From positions 340,011 through 372,010 of the forward strand of contig CP145869.1 of the NCBI GenBank assembly GCA_041941765.1: 32,000 nucleotides of DNA. The letters run 5' to 3'. Made by a program: the position numbers and the translations under genes. The notes beneath the pieces are model-generated. The model did not search any database. It was not told the DNA's origin and was given only the letters and a program-made list of their open reading frames with translations. This stretch comes from Candidatus Saccharimonadota bacterium (GTDB taxonomy: Bacteria > Pseudomonadota > Gammaproteobacteria > Enterobacterales > Enterobacteriaceae). Within the stretch, counting starts at the first letter, position 1. Each line of letters starts with the position of its first letter. Shown here in pieces: positions 10,758 through 21,446 of this stretch.

Positions 10758-11131
10758 GGGGCTGTTTTTGGATTCGACGTAAAGAGTGAAATCTTAGGTG
10801 CATGTCAAGGTGCGGTAGGCCTTGTTAAAAACCGCAATAAATAGTCGCAAATAACGACAATTATGCTTTAGCAGCCTAAAAAACTGTGTTAGAGCCCTCT
10901 AATTCTTAATCTAATAAGCTCTTAAGAAAAGAATAAAAAGAGGTCATTTAAAAATAAGAGCTCGCGTATCTGCTAATCCTAATAAAGATACGTTAAATGA
11001 TTATATAGGATAGTTTATTAATAGTGTGTCGGTCAACTATTAAATAAATGAATAAAAAAGACTAGACTAAACATGTAGTACCAAAGACGTAGACATTACG
11101 GACGCGGGTTCGAATCCCGCCAGCTCCACCA
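10758..11131 (+). ncRNA. ssrA: tmRNA (SsrA), one-piece form with encoded CCA
   Basis: The 5' ggggctg pairs with the 3' cagctcc, including the G3:U alanine identity pair, and is followed by acca. A T-arm-like ggacgcgggttcgaatcccgcc is present, along with an internal tag ORF. It lies next to smpB. Confidence 0.93.
10847..10879 (+). other. tmRNA tag-peptide reading frame, ANNDNYALAA*
   Basis: gca aat aac gac aat tat gct tta gca gcc taa. Compare the E. coli tag ANDENYALAA; the C-terminal YALAA degron is conserved. Confidence 0.85.
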
Positions 11132-11284
11132 AAAAATATTTTATAATCAAAATATTAAATCAGACTTTGTAATTAATTATAAAATTAAATACCTTTATTT
11201 CTAACCAGTTAAAAATAAAGATTTATTAAATTTTTCAAGAGATGTTTAGTTTAAAAAAAATACTTTTATAGTATTTGAAATAGA

Positions 11285-12352
11285 ATGAAGGATTTATTAA
11301 AAATGCCTAATGCATTAAACCATTATAATAATATTCAGAATCAACTTATTATTACAAGCCCAAAAGAGTTAAAGAAATCTTATCCATGTAACGATAAATT
11401 AACATTACAAATATCTAAATTTCGTAAAAAAATATCTGCAATTATTAATGGATCTGATAATCGTTTATTAATAATATGTGGTCCATGTTCTATTCATGAT
11501 CCGCAAGCAGCAATAGAATATGCCAAAAAACTAAAATATTTGTCTAATCAAGTACATGATAAAATGTATCTTATTATGCGTGTTTATTTAGAAAAACCAC
11601 GAACTTCAATAGGTTGGAAAGGATTAATTAATGATCCATATAGGAATAATTCTTGTAATATAGAATCAGGATTAAAAATATCACGTCAACTACTTTTAGA
11701 ACTTACAAATATAGGAATTCCGCTGGGTACAGAAGCATTGAATCTTAATACTATACCATATTTGGAAGATTTGTATAGTTGGATGTCAATAGGAGCAAGA
11801 ACTACTGAATCACAACCTCATCGCGAGATAGTATCAGGATTATCAATACCAATTGGTTTTAAAAATACTACTGATGGAAATTATCATAAAGCAATAAATG
11901 CAATAATTACAGCAAACGTACCACATACTTTTTTAAGTATTAATTCATCGGGAAAACTTTGTGTATTACAAACTCGTGGAAATAACCAATTACATGTAAT
12001 CTTACGTGGAGGAGATCAGAAAACTAATTATGATTCTGAAACGATTTTACAATGTGTAGAAGCTATGAAAAACGCTGGTTTATATCCATCTATTATGGTT
12101 GATTGTAGTCATGATAATTCTAAACGAGATTATCGTTCTCAACCCGAAGTGGCTCAATCAGTAATAATGCAACGTCGAAAAGGTAATAATTTTATTATTG
12201 GATTAATGTTAGAAAGTAATTTATATGAAGGAAACCAATTATGGAACTTACCAAGTGAAAAAATACAATATGGTATTTCATTAACTGATGCATGTATTAG
12301 TTGGAAAACTACAGAAATACTTCTTCAAGATATTTATAAAACTTTACAATAA
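11285..12352 (+). CDS. aroF: 3-deoxy-7-phosphoheptulonate (DAHP) synthase, class I
   Basis: 355-aa ORF with CGPCSIHDP, KPRTSxGWKGLINDP and IGARTTESQxHRE motifs. I chose aroF over aroG/aroH because tyrA follows directly (the aroF-tyrA operon) and the sequence resembles E. coli AroF. An alternative start at 11303 (MPNALN...) fits the E. coli N-terminal length better. Confidence 0.85.
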   Translation: MKDLLKMPNALNHYNNIQNQLIITSPKELKKSYPCNDKLTLQISKFRKKISAIINGSDNRLLIICGPCSIHDPQAAIEYAKKLKYLSNQVHDKMYLIMRVYLEKPRTSIGWKGLINDPYRNNSCNIESGLKISRQLLLELTNIGIPLGTEALNLNTIPYLEDLYSWMSIGARTTESQPHREIVSGLSIPIGFKNTTDGNYHKAINAIITANVPHTFLSINSSGKLCVLQTRGNNQLHVILRGGDQKTNYDSETILQCVEAMKNAGLYPSIMVDCSHDNSKRDYRSQPEVAQSVIMQRRKGNNFIIGLMLESNLYEGNQLWNLPSEKIQYGISLTDACISWKTTEILLQDIYKTLQ

Positions 12353-12364
12353 AGGGCTGAAATA

Positions 12365-13492
12365 ATGCTAGCAGAATTAGAAGTATTACGTGATAAGATA
12401 GATCAGTTAGATAAATTATTATTGAATATAATAATTAAAAGAATGAAATTAATAGCTAAAATAGGTAAAATTAAATATATATATGGATTACCTATTTACG
12501 TTCCCGAAAGAGAAAAATCTATGTTAGCTATGCGTCGTAATGAAGCAGAACAACTTGGTCTTTCTCCTGATTTTTTTGAAGATATTTTACGTCGTATAAT
12601 ATATGAATCTTATTCGATAGAATCTCAACAAGGTTTTCAACCAGTATATCCATTATTGCGTCCTATTGTTATAATAGGAGGTAAAGGTAAAATGGGACAG
12701 TTTTTTTATCACTTACTATGTTTATCCAATTATAAAGTAAAAATTATTGATAAAGATGATTGGAAAAAATCCCATCAAATTTTATCAAATGCTGCAATGG
12801 TAATTATTAGTGTACCTATTCGAGTTTTTGACCAAATAATAGAACAATTACCTAAACTTCCAGATGATTGTATTTTAGTCGATTTATCTTCTATTAAAAC
12901 TATGCCATTAAAAGCAATGTTATCTACTCATAATGGTCCTGTATTAGGATTACATCCTATGTTTGCTCCTAATAATAGTGATAATTCTGTAAAAAAAATA
13001 ATGATATGGTGTAATGGTAGAAAACCAGAAGCATATCAATGGTTTTTACAACAAATAAGCCTTTGGGGAATGCGTTTACATTGTATTAGTGCTGTTCAAC
13101 ATGATCAAAATATGGCTCTTATTCAAGCATTACGACATTTTACACATTTTGTATATGGATTACATTTGCAACAAGAAAATATTCAAATAGAAGATTTATT
13201 AAATTTTGGAACTCCTATGTATCGATGTGAATTATTTATGATGGGAAGATTTTTCGCTCAAGATCCTACTCTTTCTGCTGATATTATCATGACATCTAAG
13301 ATAAATTTACAATTAATTAAACGTTATTATCTATGTTTTGGAGAAGCCATTAAAATTTTGGAAAGTGGAGATAAAAACCAATTTATAAACTCTTGTATTC
13401 AAATCAAAGAATGGTTAGGGGTGTATAGTCAGCAATTTCTTGCTAATAGTAATTGGTTAGTTAATTATCATAATATGATGAATAGAGAGTAA
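12365..13492 (+). CDS. tyrA: Bifunctional chorismate mutase / prephenate dehydrogenase (T-protein)
   Basis: 375-aa ORF. The N-terminus [20 protein letters not shown]...[18 protein letters not shown] and the region [12 protein letters not shown]...[13 protein letters not shown]...[18 protein letters not shown] are collinear with E. coli TyrA. Confidence 0.93.
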   Translation: MLAELEVLRDKIDQLDKLLLNIIIKRMKLIAKIGKIKYIYGLPIYVPEREKSMLAMRRNEAEQLGLSPDFFEDILRRIIYESYSIESQQGFQPVYPLLRPIVIIGGKGKMGQFFYHLLCLSNYKVKIIDKDDWKKSHQILSNAAMVIISVPIRVFDQIIEQLPKLPDDCILVDLSSIKTMPLKAMLSTHNGPVLGLHPMFAPNNSDNSVKKIMIWCNGRKPEAYQWFLQQISLWGMRLHCISAVQHDQNMALIQALRHFTHFVYGLHLQQENIQIEDLLNFGTPMYRCELFMMGRFFAQDPTLSADIIMTSKINLQLIKRYYLCFGEAIKILESGDKNQFINSCIQIKEWLGVYSQQFLANSNWLVNYHNMMNRE

Positions 13493-13905
13493 AGAATTTT
13501 AGTGAGTTAATTTGAAAATAATTAAAAAGCTTTAATTTTTTATACAATGTTTTAAGAAGGATTAATACTATTTAAATATATTTAGTTTTAAGATCATTAT
13601 TTCAATCGATTAATCACTCATATCTAAATAATATATATTCTATAGTGGAATTTTTAGAGATTTAAGTAAACAAATTACTAACCGTTCTTTTAAAGCTGAA
13701 AGATGTTTTTGTACATTATGCTTTTATTAGTTATACATATATATAATAACTATAAATTCAATTGAGCTGATCTTATTATAATTAATAGAAAAAGTTTTAA
13801 TATTGAGTTATTAAATATTATACGTGAAAAATAAAAAAAATTATTCAATAATGACATTAATTGAATTATCACTCGGTTTGATTTTTTTTTATAATAATAA
13901 TACTC

Positions 13906-14877
13906 ATGCCATCTAAAACCCTGACTGCTCTGATATCTGAAAAACAAATAGGACAACGTTTGGACCAAGTATTAGTAGAATTATTTCCTCAATATTCTCG
14001 TTCTTATTTAAAAAAAATGATTTTAAATAAAAACGTTTTGTTAGATAATAAGATCTTTGATAAACCCAAAACTAAGATAAAAAATCTTACTAAAATCTTT
14101 ATTAAGATACCAGAACCTGTAAATCTTTTTAACGCCCAACCCATGGATTTAAATATCATTTATGATGATGATGATCTTTTAATTATAAATAAACCTATGA
14201 ATTTGGTAGTTCATCCAGGAACAGGTAATTCTAATGGAACATTACTCAATGGTATATTATATTATTATCCAAAAAATATTAGTGTACCTCGAGCAGGAAT
14301 AATTCATCGGTTAGATAAAAATACGACCGGTTTAATGATTATAGCTAAAAAACCTAGTATCCAAAAATATTTAGTTGAATCTCTAAAAAAACGTAATATT
14401 ATTCGTCAATATGAGGCTATTACCATAGGAGTTATAAATTACTCTAGAGGATACATAAATAAGTCAATTCGTCGTCATCCTAATAAACGTACAATAATGA
14501 AAATTGATTTGTTAGGAAAATCTGCTATCACTCATTATCGTGTACTCGAACGTTTTAGAGCACATACACATATTTTGTTACAATTAGAAACCGGAAGAAC
14601 ACATCAAATCAGGGTACATATGGCATCTATTAATCATCCTCTTGTAGGTGATGAATGTTATGCCGGAAAAAATTTACTAAACCAAATTCCATATGATATT
14701 TCCTTAAATGTATTATATCAATTAAAAAAATTTAAGCGTCAAGCGTTACATGCTTCATATTTAGGTTTTTATCATCCTATTCGCAGAAAATATATGGAAT
14801 ATAAAGCACCATTACCTCAAGATATGTTAGATTTAATTTCTATATTACGTACTGACTTATTACAAAATATAATCTAA
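13906..14877 (+). CDS. rluD: 23S rRNA pseudouridine synthase RluD
   Basis: 323-aa ORF with an S4-like N-terminus, the catalytic motif HRLDKNTTGLM, GRTHQIRVH and ALHA. It sits between the tyrA side and clpB. Confidence 0.9.
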   Translation: MPSKTLTALISEKQIGQRLDQVLVELFPQYSRSYLKKMILNKNVLLDNKIFDKPKTKIKNLTKIFIKIPEPVNLFNAQPMDLNIIYDDDDLLIINKPMNLVVHPGTGNSNGTLLNGILYYYPKNISVPRAGIIHRLDKNTTGLMIIAKKPSIQKYLVESLKKRNIIRQYEAITIGVINYSRGYINKSIRRHPNKRTIMKIDLLGKSAITHYRVLERFRAHTHILLQLETGRTHQIRVHMASINHPLVGDECYAGKNLLNQIPYDISLNVLYQLKKFKRQALHASYLGFYHPIRRKYMEYKAPLPQDMLDLISILRTDLLQNII

Positions 14878-14916
14878 AAATCAAACAATTTTATAATAAT
14901 TAATGAAGGATTATTT

Positions 14917-17472
14917 GTGCACTTAGATCGTTTTACAAATGAATTTAAATTAGCGTTAGCTGATGCATCATATATAGCTTTAAAAAATAATAACCAATTT
15001 ATTGAACCATTACATGTTATGTTAGCATTTTTAAATCAAGAAAATGGATTTTTTCTAGGTCAATTAATAAATTCAATGGGAGTTAAAACAATAGATTTAT
15101 TACGTAAAAAAATTGAACAATTGATTGACAATCTTCCTAAAATTTACGGTAATAATGTAAATTGTCAATATTCTAATGAATTAATACATATTTTGAATAT
15201 ATGTAATCAATTAGCACAAAAACAAAAAGATACTTTCATTTCATCTGCATTATTTTTATTGGCTATAATGAGTAAAGATGGGTTATTAACTGATTTATTA
15301 AAATCTTTAGGTATAAATCAAGAAAAGGTTAGTAATATTTTTACCAATTTACGGGAAAACCAAGCTGTGAATAATTTAGATATATTTAAAAAATATTCTC
15401 ACGATCTTACTGAAAGTGCTGAAAAAGGAAAATTAGATCCCGTAATTGGACGTGATGAAGAAATCCGTCGTACTATTCAAGTTTTACAACGTCGTACTAA
15501 AAATAATCCAGTTTTAATTGGTGAACCAGGGGTTGGAAAAACAGCCATTGTTGAAGGATTAGCTCAAAGAATTGTGAATAAAGAAGTACCTGAAGGATTA
15601 AAAAGTAAACGAGTATTAGCATTAGATATGGGAGCTTTATTAGCTGGTACCAAATATAGAGGAGAATTTGAAGAGCGTTTAAAATTAGTTTTAAAAACTA
15701 TAGGTCAACAAGAAGGGAATATCATTTTATTTATTGATGAATTACATACTATGGTGGGAGCAGGAAGAACCGATGGAGCTATAGATGCTAGCAATATGCT
15801 CAAACCTGCTTTAGCACGTGGAGAATTACATTGTATTGGAGCAACTACATTAGATGAATATCGTCAATATATTGAAAAAGAGGCAGCATTAGAAAGAAGA
15901 TTTCAAAAAATATTTATTACTGAACCAACCATAGAGAATACTATAGCTATTTTACGAGGATTAAAGGAACGTTATGAATTACATCATCATGTTCATATCA
16001 CTGATCCTGCAATTATAGCAGCAGTAACATTATCTCAACGTTATATTCCTGAAAGAAAATTACCAGATAAAGCTATTGATCTAATTGATGAAGCCGCGGC
16101 TAGTATACGATTACAAATTGATTCAAAACCCGAATCATTAGATCGTTTAGAACGTCGTATTATACAACTCAAAGTTGAACAACAAGCATTAAAAAAAGAA
16201 ACAGATTCTTCAAGTCTTAAACGTCTTGCTGCTATTAATGCAGATATTCTCTCAGACGAACAAAAGTATACTCAATTACAAACTGATTGGATTAAAGAAA
16301 AACAACTCTTATTAGAAATACAAGCTATTAAAAGTAAATTAGAAGAAACTAAAACCTTATTAGAACAAGCGCGCAGATCAGCGGATTTATCACGAATGTC
16401 GGAACTTCAATATGGAATTATTCCCGAACTAGAAAAACAATTAAATATAATCAAATCTCAGAAAAAGTCTATGCATTTTTTACGTAATCGAGTAACAGAG
16501 ATAGAGATAGCTGACGTATTATCACGTTGGACAGGTATTCCTATATCTCGTATGATGGAAGGAGAACGTAAAAAATTCTTACGTATAGAACAATCATTAC
16601 AAGAAAGAATAATTGGACAACAAGAAGCTATAGAAGCAGTAGCTAATGCCCTTCGTCGTAATCGTGCAGGATTATCAGATACTAATCAACCAATTGGTTC
16701 TTTTTTATTTATTGGACCGACAGGAGTTGGTAAAACTGAACTATGTAAAGCTTTAGCTAATTTTATGTTTGATAGTGATCATGCTATGATACGTCTTGAT
16801 ATGTCAGAATTTATGGAAAAACATAGTGTATCGCGTTTAGTTGGAGCTCCCCCAGGTTATATTGGTTATGAAGAAGGAGGTTACTTAACTGAAATAGTTA
16901 AACATCGTCCTTATTCCGTCATTTTACTAGATGAGCTAGAAAAAGCGCATTATGATATTTTTAATATTTTACTTCAAGTTTTAGATGATGGTCGTTTAAC
17001 TGATGGTCAAGGTAAAACTGTTGATTTTCGCAATACAATTATTATTATGACTTCAAATTTAGGTTCAGATCTGATTCAAAATCAGGTTGAAAAATTTTCT
17101 TATGATAAAATCAAAGATCTTATTTTAAAAAGAGTTAATCAATATTTTCGTCCTGAATTTATTAATCGTATTACTGAAATAGTAGTATTTCATCCTCTTA
17201 ATAAAAAGCATCTAAATGCAATAGTAAAAATTCAATTACAAAAACTTAATCTTCGTTTACAAGAACAAGGTTATCAACTTGATATTTCTAATAATGTATT
17301 AGAATTTTTAGTTGAAAAAAGTTTTAATTCTTCATATGGAGCAAGACCTTTAAAAAGAATTATTCAAAATACTATTGAAAATCTTTTAGCTCGAGATATT
17401 TTAGCTGGAAAACTTAGTATCAATAAACCAATCAAATTAGATTATATTCAGGGAAAACTGGTTTATTCTTAA
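14917..17472 (+). CDS. clpB: AAA+ disaggregase ClpB
   Basis: 851-aa ORF with a GTG start aligned to E. coli MRLDRL. Two AAA modules are present ([15 protein letters not shown] / FIDELH and [15 protein letters not shown] / LLDELEKAH) with a coiled-coil middle domain. It is near-collinear with E. coli ClpB. Confidence 0.97.
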   Translation: MHLDRFTNEFKLALADASYIALKNNNQFIEPLHVMLAFLNQENGFFLGQLINSMGVKTIDLLRKKIEQLIDNLPKIYGNNVNCQYSNELIHILNICNQLAQKQKDTFISSALFLLAIMSKDGLLTDLLKSLGINQEKVSNIFTNLRENQAVNNLDIFKKYSHDLTESAEKGKLDPVIGRDEEIRRTIQVLQRRTKNNPVLIGEPGVGKTAIVEGLAQRIVNKEVPEGLKSKRVLALDMGALLAGTKYRGEFEERLKLVLKTIGQQEGNIILFIDELHTMVGAGRTDGAIDASNMLKPALARGELHCIGATTLDEYRQYIEKEAALERRFQKIFITEPTIENTIAILRGLKERYELHHHVHITDPAIIAAVTLSQRYIPERKLPDKAIDLIDEAAASIRLQIDSKPESLDRLERRIIQLKVEQQALKKETDSSSLKRLAAINADILSDEQKYTQLQTDWIKEKQLLLEIQAIKSKLEETKTLLEQARRSADLSRMSELQYGIIPELEKQLNIIKSQKKSMHFLRNRVTEIEIADVLSRWTGIPISRMMEGERKKFLRIEQSLQERIIGQQEAIEAVANALRRNRAGLSDTNQPIGSFLFIGPTGVGKTELCKALANFMFDSDHAMIRLDMSEFMEKHSVSRLVGAPPGYIGYEEGGYLTEIVKHRPYSVILLDELEKAHYDIFNILLQVLDDGRLTDGQGKTVDFRNTIIIMTSNLGSDLIQNQVEKFSYDKIKDLILKRVNQYFRPEFINRITEIVVFHPLNKKHLNAIVKIQLQKLNLRLQEQGYQLDISNNVLEFLVEKSFNSSYGARPLKRIIQNTIENLLARDILAGKLSINKPIKLDYIQGKLVYS

Positions 17473-17954
17473 CCTTTATTTTTTTTATCACAAAACATAA
17501 CATATTTAGTATCATTTACTGTAGGTGATTTAGCAGCTTTTCGAGCTAATTCATCACAAAGCTCATTATCAGTATTTCCAGAATGTGCTTTAATCCAATT
17601 CCATTCAATTTCATGATAACTTAATTTTTTATAAAGACGTTGCCATAAATCTATATTTTTTACCGGATGTTTATTGTATGTTAACCAACGGCTCTTTTTC
17701 CAATTATGGATCCAATATTTGATTCCTAATTGTACGTATTTACTATCAGTATTTATTTGTACAATACATGGTTGTTTTAACAATTCTAAAGCAACAATTA
17801 CAGCTATAAGTTCCATACGATTATTTGTAGTTAAATAAAAACCTGTGCTTAGTAACTTTTTATATTTTTCATAATATAATATAATACCATATCCTCCTGG
17901 TCCAGGATTTTTTAAGCAAGAACCATCTGTAAAAATTTTTACTTTTTTATACAT
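17469..17954 (-). CDS. rnhA: Ribonuclease HI
   Basis: [17 protein letters not shown], TTNNRMEL, TDSxYV and WIHNWKK motifs. I prefer the ATG at 17954 ([13 protein letters not shown] aligns with E. coli MLKQVEIFTDGSC); the ORF-track start at 17987 adds 11 unaligned residues and would overlap dnaQ. It is divergent from dnaQ, as in E. coli. Confidence 0.9.
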   Translation of the reverse strand: MYKKVKIFTDGSCLKNPGPGGYGIILYYEKYKKLLSTGFYLTTNNRMELIAVIVALELLKQPCIVQINTDSKYVQLGIKYWIHNWKKSRWLTYNKHPVKNIDLWQRLYKKLSYHEIEWNWIKAHSGNTDNELCDELARKAAKSPTVNDTKYVMFCDKKNKG

Positions 17955-17973
17955 TTTAAAATTATTATAATTT

Positions 17974-18705
17974 ATGAAAAAATCCATTACAAGACAAATT
18001 GTCTTAGATATTGAAACTACAGGAATGAATAAATTTGGTATATGTCATGAAGGACACCGAATTATAGAAATAGGTGCTGTAGAAATTTCTTATAGACATT
18101 TTACTGGTAATAATTTCCATACTTATTTAAATCCTAATAGATCAATAGATCCTATTGCAACTTCTATTCATGGAATTACTCAAGAATTTTTATTAGATAA
18201 ACCTTTTTTTTCTCAAATTGTAGATTCATTTTTAGATTATCTTAAGGGATCAGAAATCATTATACATAATGCTTCTTTTGATATTGGTTTTATCAATTAT
18301 GAAATTCAAATGTTAAATCGTAACATTCCAACTCTTGAATCATTATGTTGTTCTATTACAGATACACTTTTATTAGCCCGTAAATTATTTCCTGGCAAAA
18401 GAAACAGTCTTGATTCGCTTTCTAATAGATATCATCTTAATTATAAAACACGAAGATTGAAACATGGTGCTCTATTAGATGCTGAAATTTTAGCTGAGAT
18501 TTATTTAGCCATGACAAGTGAACAAATTTCATTAGATTTTTTTAGTAAAAATAACAAAAAAAAAACCATATCGTCAAAATTATGTTTGACTAATTCAATA
18601 TCTGTACTATGTGTAATTAAAGCTAACCAACAAGAAAATCTTCTTCATGAGAATTATTTAAATCTTATGTTTCAAAAAACTGGTATATGTTTATGGAATA
18701 GTTAA
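17974..18705 (+). CDS. dnaQ: DNA polymerase III epsilon subunit (3'-5' proofreading exonuclease)
   Basis: 243-aa ORF with [12 protein letters not shown] (Exo I), HNASFDIGF (Exo II) and [18 protein letters not shown] (Exo III). Confidence 0.93.
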   Translation: MKKSITRQIVLDIETTGMNKFGICHEGHRIIEIGAVEISYRHFTGNNFHTYLNPNRSIDPIATSIHGITQEFLLDKPFFSQIVDSFLDYLKGSEIIIHNASFDIGFINYEIQMLNRNIPTLESLCCSITDTLLLARKLFPGKRNSLDSLSNRYHLNYKTRRLKHGALLDAEILAEIYLAMTSEQISLDFFSKNNKKKTISSKLCLTNSISVLCVIKANQQENLLHENYLNLMFQKTGICLWNS

Positions 18706-18822
18706 ATAATGAATATTAGAAAATATTAATAACATTTTAATTAGTTGATTTGTATTTAACCTTATAAATAATATTAATCATATTATCCTTGCTAAAAATT
18801 AGATAGCATCTTAATATTTTTT

Positions 18823-18850
18823 ATTGAAAAATTAACGATAATCCTTATTT
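18823..18850 (+). promoter_or_regulatory. Candidate sigma-32 type heat-shock promoter upstream of ibpA
   Basis: aTTGAAA (18823-18829), 13 nt, then CCTTATTT (18843-18850), compared with the consensus CTTGAAA-N13/14-CCCCATnT. It would leave a 5' UTR of roughly 120 nt. Confidence 0.4.
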
Positions 18851-18976
18851 TAATATTTAAAATGCTTTATTTACTAAAATTAAAATTAGTCGCTATACTT
18901 CTTAGTAGGTACTCATAATAAGTAGTAAAAGAAGTTCATAATGATTTTTTTTTAATTACTCAGGAGGTTTTTTATA

Positions 18977-19495
18977 ATGACTTATCGTTCTGCTTTTTCA
19001 TTAATTCCTGGAATAATTACTGATAATCTTTTTTCTGATCGTTTAGATCGTATGGATAGGTTATTTAGTAGATTAACAGGTGATACTCCTTTATCTGATT
19101 CTCCATGTTATAATCTTATTCAGATAGATGATAATCATTATAGTCTTACAATTAGTGTCCCTGGATATAAAGAAAAAGATTTAGATATTACTTTACAAAA
19201 TGGACAACTTACTATTACTGGTAAACATGAGTGCAAAAATAAAGGAAAAAACAAAGAAGATAGAAAAAATGTTAGGTGGTTACATAAGGGATTTTCTTCG
19301 GCTGATCAATTTAGTCTGAGTTTTAATCTTCATAATCGTGTAAAAGTACAAAGTGCTGTGTTAGAAAATGGATTATTGAAACTTGAATTAGAATATGAAA
19401 TTCCTGAAGAACATAAACCCCACAAGATAACTATTGATAGCCCGGTTAAAAACTCACTTATGCAAGATCAACAAGGATTAATAAAAAATAAATAA
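18977..19495 (+). CDS. ibpA: Small heat-shock protein IbpA/IbpB family (alpha-crystallin domain)
   Basis: 172-aa ORF. YNLIQIDDNHYSLTISVPGYKEKDLDITLQNGQLTITGKH and LENGLLKLELEYEIPEEHKP are collinear with E. coli IbpA. It also has a Lys-rich insertion and a C-terminal extension. A strong aggagg SD lies at 18962-18967. Confidence 0.85.
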   Translation: MTYRSAFSLIPGIITDNLFSDRLDRMDRLFSRLTGDTPLSDSPCYNLIQIDDNHYSLTISVPGYKEKDLDITLQNGQLTITGKHECKNKGKNKEDRKNVRWLHKGFSSADQFSLSFNLHNRVKVQSAVLENGLLKLELEYEIPEEHKPHKITIDSPVKNSLMQDQQGLIKNK

Positions 19496-19505
19496 AGATT
19501 TAAAA

Positions 19506-19536
19506 AAAATATAACCCCTATCTGGGGTTATATTTT
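19506..19536. terminator. Bidirectional rho-independent terminator between convergent ibpA and metG
   Basis: Perfect 13-bp stem (aaaaatataacccc-type arm 19506-19518 pairing with 19524-19536) and a 5-nt loop tatct, with a GC core cccc/gggg. A-run and T-run flank both sides. It lies 10 nt after the ibpA stop and 2 nt after the metG stop. Confidence 0.7.
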
Positions 19537-19538
19537 AT

Positions 19539-21173
19539 TTAGTTTACATCTACTAAGATAGAATTAAGAGTTTGCATTTCTATCCGATTATAAAGATTTT
19601 GAAAAAGTGAAATTTTATGATTTAATAATGGAGAGTTGATTTGATTCCACTCTAACTTACAGTTTAAAAACTTTTCGGAACGTTCAGTAAGAGTAGGAAT
19701 TATAGGTTTAAGAAATGTCATTAAAATTCTAAATAAATTTAATCCCATAGTACATATAGATTGTAGTAATGTTTTTTTATGAACTAATAACCATGGTTGT
19801 TGTTCAGTTATATAGGTATTAGCTAAATTAGCTAAAAATATGATTTGTTTAATAACTTGACTAAATTCACGATTTAAAAAAGCATCTTCTATGGTTTTTG
19901 AGTATTTAATAAAGCATTCATATAATTGTGGATTTTGTAATTCATTACCTAACCAACCATAAAAATCTTTATTAATAAAACTTGCTGTTCTAGCTGCTAA
20001 ATTTACTATTTTATTTACAAGATCTGTATTTATACGTTGTATAAAATCTTGTAAATTTAAATCAATATCTTCTATATTAGAAGATAATTTACTAGCATAG
20101 TAATAACGTAAACTGTCAGCGTCTAAAAATTTTAACCAAGTACTTGCTTTAATAAAAGTATTTCTCGACTTAGACATTTTCATTCCATTAATTGTTACAT
20201 ATCCATGTACAAAAATCTTAGTGGGTTTACGAAAACCACTAGCTTCTAGTATTGCAGGCCAAAAAAGACTATGAAAATAAATAATATCTTTACCTATAAA
20301 ATGACATAAACTAATTGTAGAATTTTGATTCCAAAAATCATCAAAATGTATATCTTTTCTTTTATGACATAAGTCTTTAAAAGTGCTTATATAAGCAATA
20401 GGTGCATCTAACCAAACATAAAAATATTTATTAAGAAAATTAGGAATTTTAAAACCAAAATATGGAGCATCACGTGAGATATTCCATGGCTGAAGACCTA
20501 TCTGAAACCATTCTTGTAATTTATTAACTACTTGTTCTGATAAACAACCGGATCTAATCCAAGAGTATAACATTTTAGTAAAGAATGGAAGATCAAAAAA
20601 TAAATGTTCTGAACTACGTAGAATAGGGATAGTGCCTGTTATTACTGATTTAGCATTAATTAAATTAGTAGGATGATAAATGGATCCACAAATTTCACAA
20701 TTATCACCATATTGTTCCGATGCTTTACAAATAGGACAAGAACCTTTAACAAAACGATCAGGTAAAAACATTTGTTTTTCGGCATCATATAATTGATTTA
20801 ATATGTATTTTTTAATCAAACCTTGTTGTTGTAATTTATAATAAATACTTTTTAAAATTTCATAATTATCTTTAGTATGTGTTGAAGAATAGTTATCATA
20901 ATTAATATTAAATTCAGAGAGATCTTTTTTATGTTCTTCATATATTTTGTAAATCATGTTTTCAGGATCTAAACCATCTTGTTGTGCTTTTAATAAGATT
21001 GGAGTTCCATGTGCATCATCAGCACAAATAAAAAATGTTTGATATCCACGCATTTTTTGATAACGAACCCAAATATCAGCTTGAATATGTTCAAGTAAAT
21101 GTCCTATATGAAGAGAACCATTGGCATAAGGTAATGCACATGTTACTAAAAATTTTGTATAATTTTTGTTCAT
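19539..21173 (-). CDS. metG: Methionyl-tRNA synthetase, catalytic core only (no C-terminal tRNA-binding/dimerisation domain)
   Basis: 544-aa ORF with the HIGH motif (LHIGHLLEH), KMSKS (MKMSKS) and zinc knuckles [18 protein letters not shown]. Confidence 0.95.
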   Translation of the reverse strand: MNKNYTKFLVTCALPYANGSLHIGHLLEHIQADIWVRYQKMRGYQTFFICADDAHGTPILLKAQQDGLDPENMIYKIYEEHKKDLSEFNINYDNYSSTHTKDNYEILKSIYYKLQQQGLIKKYILNQLYDAEKQMFLPDRFVKGSCPICKASEQYGDNCEICGSIYHPTNLINAKSVITGTIPILRSSEHLFFDLPFFTKMLYSWIRSGCLSEQVVNKLQEWFQIGLQPWNISRDAPYFGFKIPNFLNKYFYVWLDAPIAYISTFKDLCHKRKDIHFDDFWNQNSTISLCHFIGKDIIYFHSLFWPAILEASGFRKPTKIFVHGYVTINGMKMSKSRNTFIKASTWLKFLDADSLRYYYASKLSSNIEDIDLNLQDFIQRINTDLVNKIVNLAARTASFINKDFYGWLGNELQNPQLYECFIKYSKTIEDAFLNREFSQVIKQIIFLANLANTYITEQQPWLLVHKKTLLQSICTMGLNLFRILMTFLKPIIPTLTERSEKFLNCKLEWNQINSPLLNHKISLFQNLYNRIEMQTLNSILVDVN

Positions 21174-21409
21174 TATAAATTCTTATAAATTAGTAAATAT
21201 TTAAAATAATAGAAAAACCAAATAATATTAGTAGTTTAAATCATGGTTAGATCTAGTAATTATAATTATAGAGATTTTGTTAGTATAATAAATGCTCTTT
21301 TAAAATGGTATGTTGTGGTATATAGTAATAGGTTATCACATTCTTAATTTATTCAATAAGAAATAGCATTGTTGATTAAAAATTAAATGTTGAGATAATA
21401 AATAAATAT

Positions 21410-21429
21410 TACTCTAACTTATTAGAGTA
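21410..21429 (-). terminator. Possible terminator hairpin downstream of yegQ
   Basis: tactctaa-ctta-ttagagta: an 8-bp perfect stem with a 4-nt loop, 18 nt downstream of the yegQ stop on the minus strand, followed there by a T-rich stretch. Confidence 0.35.
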
Positions 21430-21446
21430 TAAGAACGTTTTTTGTA

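Noticed and set aside
11132-11284. Possible prophage or island attachment remnant at the 3' end of ssrA.
   Set aside because: No duplicated copy of the tmRNA 3' end, no integrase fragment and no repeat were seen. The spacer runs directly into aroF.
13750-13968. 72-aa minus-strand ORF in the tyrA-rluD spacer.
   Set aside because: It is a low-complexity F/I/L/Y-rich translation of AT-rich DNA that overlaps the rluD start by 63 nt. It has no SD and no resemblance to BamD, RaiA or PheA, which occupy this position in E. coli. It is most likely spurious.
17955-17987. Upstream ATG extending rnhA by 11 codons and overlapping dnaQ.
   Set aside because: The extension ([11 protein letters not shown]) has no counterpart in E. 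coli RNase HI, whereas [13 protein letters not shown] aligns residue for residue with MLKQVEIFTDGSC. The extension cannot be fully excluded without N-terminal data.
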